The notes under the pieces: generated by a model
Seen by the model: only the letters and a program-made list of their open reading frames with translations
What the model was told of the DNA's origin: nothing
Databases searched by the model: none
Program-made: the position numbers and the translations under genes
Assembly (NCBI RefSeq): GCF_009914755.1
Contig: NC_060940.1
Strand: one strand, 5' to 3'
DNA: 64,000 nucleotides
Source of the DNA: the human T2T-CHM13v2.0 reference genome, Homo sapiens
Part shown: positions 56,091 through 64,000 of the stretch, piece by piece
Position numbering within the stretch: the first letter of the stretch is position 1
How the letters are laid out: each line of letters begins with the position of its first letter

Positions 56091-56180
56091 CAATGGCTCA
56101 CCGAAACTCCTTCCGTGGAAACCAGGCAACCCAGACGCACCCTCCTTGGCTGAAACTCTGGTGTTAGCAGGAAAACTTGC
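56091..56180 (+). repeat. Duplicated 90-bp block C, copy 2
   Basis: 75/90 identical to 54430-54519. Confidence 0.92.
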
Positions 56181-57444
56181 TGTCTAGCAACTTCCACAGA
56201 TACCAAGGACACATATTCCAAAGGTGGAATACGTCCCATTGTTGCTTTAATTTGAAAGCTTTGTCATTGAGGCAGTTGAGCAAATTTTCACATTTTTTCT
56301 TTGATTCATTTTCATTGGTTATGCAGGGAATAAATAGTTTGAGAAATGCGATTTTCTGAGTCCACTGCCAATGTCTCTGAAAAGCCAGTCTCAAACCACT
56401 CTTTTCTGGATCAGGCTGTTTCTCAGAACATTTCTGTGCACAGAGTCATGTGGCATCTGTCCAGTCTCCCAGCTCATGATGGTTACCGCTATTCCGGCCA
56501 CTCTTCATGTTTCTGGTGGCATGCTCTGTTCCGCTCCCACAGGAAATCATACTCTTGAGGTGCCCTCAGTCACTAAGTCCCAAAGACAGGCTGGTTGGCT
56601 TTCTAAGTTCTTACTGCAAACTTAGCACTTTTATTTAAGTAGATCTTTTTTTTTTTTTTTCTTGTAGCCCCCTTTCGTTTCCCCTGGATCCTAGAACTGG
56701 TCTGCAAATACCTGCAAGTGACCATAAGCAGCTACTCTCACCAATCCTTTCCCTAGCTTTTTTCTTGGGCTACATCTATGAGTTCAGGATGAGTTCCACC
56801 CCAACATGATAGGTATTCTAGGGCTTAGGCATGTCCTCAGACCTACAATCTGCCTGGATGGGATTCTTCAACTTCAGTCCAAACAGGCCCTTTAGGTTTT
56901 CAAAGAAATAAACACCTTCTAAGAGCCCCTATCACCTGTCTTGATAGATGTATCTGATGTCTCCCCAAAGTGGTTTATTCTTTGTTCTAAGAACCCTTCT
57001 CTACTTTGTTGATCAGTCTGGCTTCTACACAGGAATGTAACTGTTTTGAGAGCAGAAGCCATCATATATGTATACACATATGTATAGCATATTTGTTATA
57101 TAAATATGTGCATTTATTTCCAAGAATATTCAATGGGCACTGCCACTGTGAAGCTCTACTTAGATTTTGACACATACAGCATGCTTAGTGAATGCCACTT
57201 CTCTTGAGTGTAAAAATTTCAAAACCGGAAGTAAATGGGAAAGAATCTAAGGCAACTATTAGGAGAGGGGAAGGTCATAACATCAACTTTCCCCACATCT
57301 CGAGTATAAGATACAAATTAGAATACATTTGCTCTTTTATTTACCCCGTGTTTGCCTGCTTTCACAGGGCATTCAGCTTTCCTCTCCCTAATTTTGGCTA
57401 AGTGCAATGGGGTCAACCTAATGATAGGTTTGGGATTGGTGTTA

Positions 57445-57463
57445 ATCACCATCTGGTGGCTGT
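57445..57463 (-). promoter_or_regulatory. Candidate CTCF motif
   Basis: Minus strand GCCACCAGATGGTG fits the CCACCAGRKGGCG core. Confidence 0.4.
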
Positions 57464-58145
57464 ACCTCAGGCTTAATGTGGAACTGGCAGCCCATGGAAG
57501 GGTCATGGTAATGCCTGTAAAACCTTCAAAGCTGGTGTCTGAGCCTGTTAGCAAAAGGTTATCTATCAAGGTTTCAGATGGATGTATGAATGTTCTTGTT
57601 AATGATTTTGTTCCGGGAGGGCTAGTTTCTGAGCAGCAGTTTAACTTGTTAGGCAGAAATTAAACTCTGCCCCATATGCAGCTCATTGTCCCTCCTCTCT
57701 CAACATAGGAAACTTTCTGGTAGAAACCATTATGACTCCTAGTACTTGAAATTGCTGTTTTTGAGATAGGAAGCTGAGATAAAAGTTCCCTGGTTCTGAT
57801 GAGCTTGGAAAACACTTGCTGTAATGTCAGTCTGACCATGCTACTTACTGGTTTAAAGCTTTCAGTGTTGTCCTGCTGCCCATGAGATAAAGATTGGTAC
57901 CATTAACAAGGATCACCAAGCCCGATCATATACCCACAGTCTCTACGTTCTCCTTTTGTGCATTTCCCATGTTGGATATATAGGAATATTGTAGGATGTA
58001 TAGGTATATCCTACAATAATCCCATGAGAAACGTATATGTCATTATTATCAGAGATTAAGTATCTTTCTCTAGGTCACAGATTTATAAGTGACATGAGTG
58101 GGATTCAAAGCAAGAGCATCCAAAGACCATGACTTTGAACTTTCA

Positions 58146-58444
58146 CTTTTTTTTTTTTTCTTTAAGACAGAGTCTTGCTCTGTCACCCAGGCTGGGGTGC
58201 AGTGACACATGTTGGCTCACTGCAACCTCTGCTCCCTGATCCCAGTGATTCTACTACCTCAGTCTCCCGAGTAGCTGGGACTACAGGCATGCGCTACCGC
58301 GCTAGGCTAATTTTTGTATTTTTAGTGAAGATGGGGGTTTCACCATGGTGGCCAGGTTGGTCTTGAACTCCTGATGTCAGTTGATCTGCCTGCCTCGGCC
58401 TTCCAAAGTGTTGGGATTATAGGCGTGAGCCACCGCGCCCAGCC
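58146..58444 (-). mobile_element. AluS inserted at the end of a MIR
   Basis: 18-bp TSD CATGACTTTGAACTTTCA / CATGCCCTTGAACTTTCA. Confidence 0.94.
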
Positions 58445-59069
58445 CATGCCCTTGAACTTTCAAACTAAACAAGATTATTATGAGGATCAGAAAATAAACG
58501 AAATTTAAAAATTGTGTATATGAGACTCTGATGCACTCTACAAAATCACGAATATTATTACATTTTTTAAATAATGAAAAAATAAGGGAAATTCTATTGC
58601 AATTTTAGATAATATGCACTGTGTTTTTCTTTATTCTCCTAGCATTTTACATTCTGCATTCTGGTAATATTCATCTAACATTCAAAGTTAAGGCAGAAAG
58701 ATCTCTCCACTTCTCAAATGCACTTGTAATTATTTTTCTATTATTCTGTACACTGTGCTTTCATAAAGCCATCTCTAATCTATCTTTTCTTGGCATCTGT
58801 GACCTGGTTTATTTTCTCCCCACACTTTGTCTGCTCTGAACCTTATAATGAAACCAAAGGTTAAATGTAGACTCACTCAACACCCACAACATTAAAACAA
58901 TTGGATGGAAAATAATCTCATCTTGACATGCTGGGGGAGATGTGCTGCACACCCAGTAGAGTTAATGGGAGTTACAGCCAAAACCAAGGTGAAGCCTCTG
59001 CTCCCAAGGGCACAAAAGCAAAGAGAAGAACAGGGGAAGTTTAAATTCAAAAAACCCCATAGCTGCATA

Positions 59070-59370
59070 AAGAAGTCTAGGAACCTGAGTTCTAGACTTT
59101 GTGAAAATTATGTATGTTGGAAACTGGTCTCTAGCCCTAGACTTGGACAAAAGTAGAACTAGCTCTTCCATTTAGTAGCTGTTTCACCTTGAGAAAGTTA
59201 ATTCCAATTAGACTCCAGCTTATTCATCTTTAGAAAAGGCATAAGAGTAGTATGTAATTAACTCAATTATGATGGATTTTATTGGAAAGTGAAATAATAT
59301 TCTACATGCAGAATACACTGTACAAAGTAAATACTCTAAAAATTAACTAAGGTTAGAATTATTATTTTCA
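59070..59370 (+). mobile_element. MIR fragments
   Basis: GAAGTCTAGGAACCTGAGTTCTAG; TAGTAGCTGTTTCACCTTGAGAAAGTTA. Confidence 0.5.
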
Positions 59371-60360
59371 TTATCATCATCATCTCAATTATCAGCAACT
59401 TCATCACATTTGCAGAACAGGTATTTTGTTCTCATGTCAATTGGCTTCCAAGCCCATTATCATTACAAACTTTCAGGGCCACAGTTGCTACCACCTAAAT
59501 CTGACCCCCACAGGTAGTCATAAAGTGTTTCCTTCATGAACAGTCTCAGTTCATCTCCCCAAAGGCTCTAAAGCTGACATTATCCCTATTTCACAGCTGG
59601 CAGATATGGAAGCTCAGAGAGATTGAGCTGTGTATTAAATAGGACAGCATCTGTCATATCTGATAAACAAGCAGAAAGGTCAAGGTTTTTACAGACCTAT
59701 ATGTAGGATAAACCCATGGCCATAATAACCCCATCTTCCCAGCCCTTTTCTGTTTTTCCTCACACCATCAACAAAACTCCCCATATTTGATCATAAGTAG
59801 CATAGTGTTTTCAGGAAAGAAGGAGCTTATGAACCTACAAATATGGATTTTACCCCCAGTCAATCCAGAAGGTATTTGTCCTTTGGGGCCTTCTTAGGGG
59901 ATATGAGGACCCTTGATAAGTACCAGCAATCAGCATTTGTGATGTCCAGTTGGATCAATACCTCCTGGGAACATCAAAGACTTTCCTCTAAATCATAAGT
60001 CAACCATCATCAACACAGAAAGTCCAAATAGAAACATAGGGGAGGAAATAAGTTCCAACTCTTTAAAAATATCCCAGCCCTAAGAGAAAAATTCGAAGAA
60101 TACAAAGGTATTTCAGATACATCCCAAATAGGAGATATGGCTATAAACACAATATACAGGAGAAAAGACACAGGTACACTCATCATTGAAATGTCCAGAC
60201 TCTACTTTGTAGGCTAGGTCCCCAGGAGGCCTCACCCTAATTCTGTCTAAATACCCCCTTTCTAAGCTTTCTTAGGACAAGACACCCAAGACTTAAAGGC
60301 AAACTCTCATTCTTCTTGGATAGTGCTTGGGAAACTGTTTCTTTGTTCCTTTTGTGGATC

Positions 60361-60852
60361 TGTTAAGAAAAATTACTCGTGACACTTGTTAAAGAATCAT
60401 GAAGCAGACTTCATGTAGGACCATCACAATAGGTATCAGGACCACTCCAATGGGGTCTCACAGAGCAGAAGAGAGATTGGGCTCAACTCTGAGTACAGCA
60501 TGAGCAAATGAGGATTTACAAGGAGTATGGTAGAGGTCAGTGGATGAAAAATTCCTGAAAGGAAACATCAGGAGTAAAGGGGGATTTTGGCTAAACTGAC
60601 ATAAAAGGATTCTTGCTGAAGACAGGCTAGGGTGATTGGAAGTCACCTCAGGGAGGTGGAGGGATGAGAAACACAATTAGGTGCCGAAAGTGACCAGATA
60701 TCAAGGGTGGCGAGTTCTGGGTAAACTGACTTAGCTGGAGTCTTGCTAAAATTGGACAATGCACACAAAACCATGGAAACCCAAAAGTCAGCCCCAGTCG
60801 AAAAGTTCAGAGGAGCTTGAACAGAGTTTGATCAAGGAGACGATCTTTGTCA
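60361..60852 (-). mobile_element. ERV1 solo LTR (MER31/MER67-like)
   Basis: TG...CA termini; the reverse complement begins TGACAAAGATCGTCTCCTTGATCAAACT; 4-bp TSD GATC/GGTC. Confidence 0.8.
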
Positions 60853-61254
60853 GGTCTCCTCTGTGGGGGAGGATTCTTCATGAGCTCTGAAGTGTAAAAT
60901 AAAAAGGAGAAAACTGGTCAAACATCAACCACCTGGCAGCCTCAGCCCCCTGGATACATCAAAGTGACAATGGATGTCATTTGGACAGAAGTCTGTGCAT
61001 AACTGCAGTCCAGGTTGGCTCCTTCTATCATCTCTGTTCCCTCCCTCCCTTTCCCACCACTGTTGTGGGGAGGGTTGCCTTTGGTTTGAAATACCACCCA
61101 AAACAAAAAACATTTCACCCAGGTTGAATTTACAAATAAAGAGCTAAATTCCATCCAAAACTAAGACATAATGCCTTATGTCTTAAGTACATAAAGCGGG
61201 GGAGGCGGTGTCAAAGACATTCTCTTTGCAAGTCAGTTTAAGTTTTAAATTTCA

Positions 61255-61460
61255 GCTACATTTTTTTGAGCCAAGACCCATTTATTTAATCCTCATGATT
61301 AATGGGGTGAGCATTGTCATTCCCAGTACACAAATAAGGAACCAGAGGCAGAAGTCAAATTAAAGTGCTCCAGGCCAAACAACCCTTCAACAGCAGAGCT
61401 GGATTCAAATCCAGCTATTCTAGCTCCACATCCGAAGTTTCTGGTACTATCCCATCACAC
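61255..61460 (-). mobile_element. MIR
   Basis: ATTTAATCCTCA...CAGAGCTGGATTCAAATCCAG. Confidence 0.6.
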
Positions 61461-62989
61461 TTCCGCATAGTTTCCCACCAAGATACGCCCTGTGCCAGTA
61501 TTAGGGCGAGCTCTCTTTTTTATATGTCTGAAGCTCATGGTTGGCTTCACTTTGCTTTATCTAAACTACTCTTTCTTCACTTCCATCCCCTAGAAATATT
61601 CAACCTAAAAATGAAGGTAGCCTCCCCTTAAATTCTCTAGTGGAAGGAAAGAAAAAAATGGTTTTCTGTTCCTTTCTTGGATTCGCAGACAACTGTGGAG
61701 ATGTGGCATGGCCTCGGATCTTGGCTGTTATTGTCCTCTGTATGTTTTATTCCTTCACATACACCTTAATTTGCCCAGGAAAGAAACAGATATCTGATAT
61801 GACAAGTGTATGTTGTTTTGTTTTGTTTTTTCCTGGAGATCTGACTGTTCATTTTTTCCTTGGAAGGGATAGAGTATCTTTCAAAAGTTTCAGCCCTGGG
61901 TTTTTGAGAAACGTATCCGGGTGGCATGTCTGTCACTCTCCACAGTCCTCAAGTGAGCCTTGGCAATGTTCACATAATGGCATTTGTTGACAGGTTGTTA
62001 GGGCTGACAGTGAATATGTTTGAAAAACTGTCAAGCTGGTGAAAAAAAAAATTAAAGAGAGAGCTTCCTTACATTTGAAACAGCATGTTAAACTGTAAGT
62101 ACATCCTCAAAATGCAGAAACCTCCATTCTCATCAAGTTACATGCTCACAGTGACAGCCTGAGAAGGTAGAATCCCTAAAAATTAATGTCATCTTGTCCC
62201 TTGAAAGGTCATAAGGCACATTACCACTAACCTCTATTTATCTGCATAAAATTGAGTTTGCCTTTAATGCTCAATAACAGGTGAATAGAAGAGAGGCATC
62301 ATTGCAAATGCAGTCAGGGTGATGCAAGGTGTTTAATTGGGCAAGCAGAACTGCCCAAGGAGTTGGCAGGGAGCCCTAAAATGTGGCATTGCAAGTCTAG
62401 TCACTTGGGCCACTATTGTGATTGATCTTTAATCAATAGGTTTTCAAGGATTGAGTTAACTCACAAGTGGTAATGGAAGCAATGAATGGACAGAGTGGCA
62501 ATGTCAGTTACCCGTCGGTTCGACAAAAGAAAACCCACCATGTCCTGAAGGTTTCCATTACTAGGCATATCAGAGGTCACAGAGAATGACATAGGGGCAC
62601 ATCCATGGCATTTTTCTATGGCCATTGAAATGTGGTAATGACTAAATCTGACTGTCAAATGCACATTGAAGGTCATTATCAGCACAATTCTAGCCTGGAT
62701 GCTCACTCTGGGAAGCCTGCAACCTGGCCAGTCACCCAAGACAATCACTGATCCATGAAATCACAATAAAACAGATTAAGAACACTTCCAAAAATTATGA
62801 GGCATGATGATGTAGGTGTTGACGCTGTCTGCTGTCGGTGTGTTCGTTTCCAGCTTGCTTGGCTCTCCTCATCTAGAGATTTTTCCGTAACCTTCTGCTA
62901 ATATTATCCTGGCATCAATTTCCTCAGTTCTTCGAGTATGAAATCCATTGTACTGGTTGGCTTGGTGACACTCAACTGTGGTCATCAAA

Positions 62990-63200
62990 AAGGTATATCT
63001 AAAATTTAGCTATTCCTGAGTTGCTTAATAGTCCACATGTCCATGAGCAACTTATTTAAGTTCTCTGAGGTTCAACTTCCTCACCTGGGGGAAGAAATAA
63101 TGCTATCCTTATCAGTTATCCTGGGAATCAAATTTGGGATAATGTATGTGTAAGCATCACGTCAAGTCTGGTACGTACTAGGTACCTAATATGTTTTGTT
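62990..63200 (+). mobile_element. MIR
   Basis: CTTATTTAAGTTCTCTGAG...TTCCTCACCTG...GATAATGTATGTGTAAGCA. Confidence 0.6.
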
Positions 63201-63817
63201 TGGAAAACATAGACCCCTGAGGGAACAGAGGAGATCAAGGTCCTAGAAGCTTCCACCAACTTTACTTAGTGACTTTAGTGCTGCAAATGAATTGCTTTCC
63301 TTCAAAGCTAACTAATCTCCTTTTTAAGAGCAAGGTGTTTCCCTAGGCATTAGTGTAGTTTATACCAGGAGCTACAGATAAACTTGTGCTCAAGTCTAAA
63401 AACCTTTTAATTGTTTGGTTCAGAATGTGAGCATTTCCATCAGGGCCTCCCTCCAGCAGCTTAGATCTAAACAGTATCCTGGACTTTGCAAGCACTGCAA
63501 GATGTAGAGTTTAATCAACCAAGAGCTCTGAGGGGCTGGCAGTACACCATGCCTGAGGGTCAGGGCTGCTGTCTCCTCCCCGCTCAGGGAAGAATTTGTC
63601 GTGAAAGAGAGTCAAGTCCGATTTTACAGTGCTGTCTCTGAGATTACCCCGGGGGGCGGGCAGAAAGCTGACAATGGAGGAGTTCTAGAGCGCTGGGATT
63701 TGCCTTTGCAGCAAGTGTCTCCAACTGGAGCAGGGGTTGCAAAGGCAAGAGAGTCAAAGAGACCCCTCTAGAGAAAACTAACAGGAAGAAGCGATAACAG
63801 CTGTATTTTTAAGTAAA

Positions 63818-64000
63818 CACTTTTTATTAAAGCACAAAAAGAAAACTCAGAGAAGTGCACAAATCGCAAATCTATCTTCAGAAATTTTCACAACGTGCCC
63901 ACACTTCTGCTACTAGATTAAAAACAAACTCAGGAACACATAGAATATGGCCAGCCCACTGCCTGCTCTCCACCAGAACCTATTTGTTACCCCCCAGTTA
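63818..64000 (-). mobile_element. Old L1M 3' end, antisense
   Basis: CTTTTTATTAAAG...CAGAGAAGTGCACAAATC...AATTTTCACAA. Confidence 0.5.

Noticed and set aside
58905-59156. 83-aa ATG ORF (MENNLILTC...)
   Set aside because: No recognisable domain and the 3' third overlaps MIR sequence; cannot be supported as coding

Overview
Primate (human-like) non-coding genomic DNA, intergenic or deep intronic. I find no credible protein-coding gene, RNA gene or CRISPR array. The ORF track is explained by Alu, LINE-1 ORF2 remnants, simple repeats and chance ORFs. Much of the window is interspersed repeat: 13 Alu/FLAM copies, many MIR and L2 fragments, MaLR/ERV LTRs, hAT MER elements, and a nested L1 block at about 25.5-36.3 kb. 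Several repeat-free, homeodomain/POU/SOX-motif-rich islands look like developmental enhancers. The most unusual signal is a cluster of local duplications that shared repeat-family membership does not explain. (i) An old tandem duplication in which two blocks stay similar: 40105-40314 vs 42001-42209 (about 92%) and 40816-41070 vs 45991-46241 (core about 83%, with paired TCF/LEF, AAAGGTCA, SOX and homeobox motifs intact in both copies), while the MIR/L2 flanks have diverged. (ii) An ungapped 90-bp pair, 54430-54519 vs 56091-56180. (iii) An inverted templated insertion of L1-derived sequence, 35562-35724 copied to 36635-36795. An L1MA with both termini and TSDs but three large internal deletions is also present. 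Repeat subfamily calls come from recalled consensus sequences. Identities are hand counts and boundaries of old repeats are approximate. I could not identify the locus.
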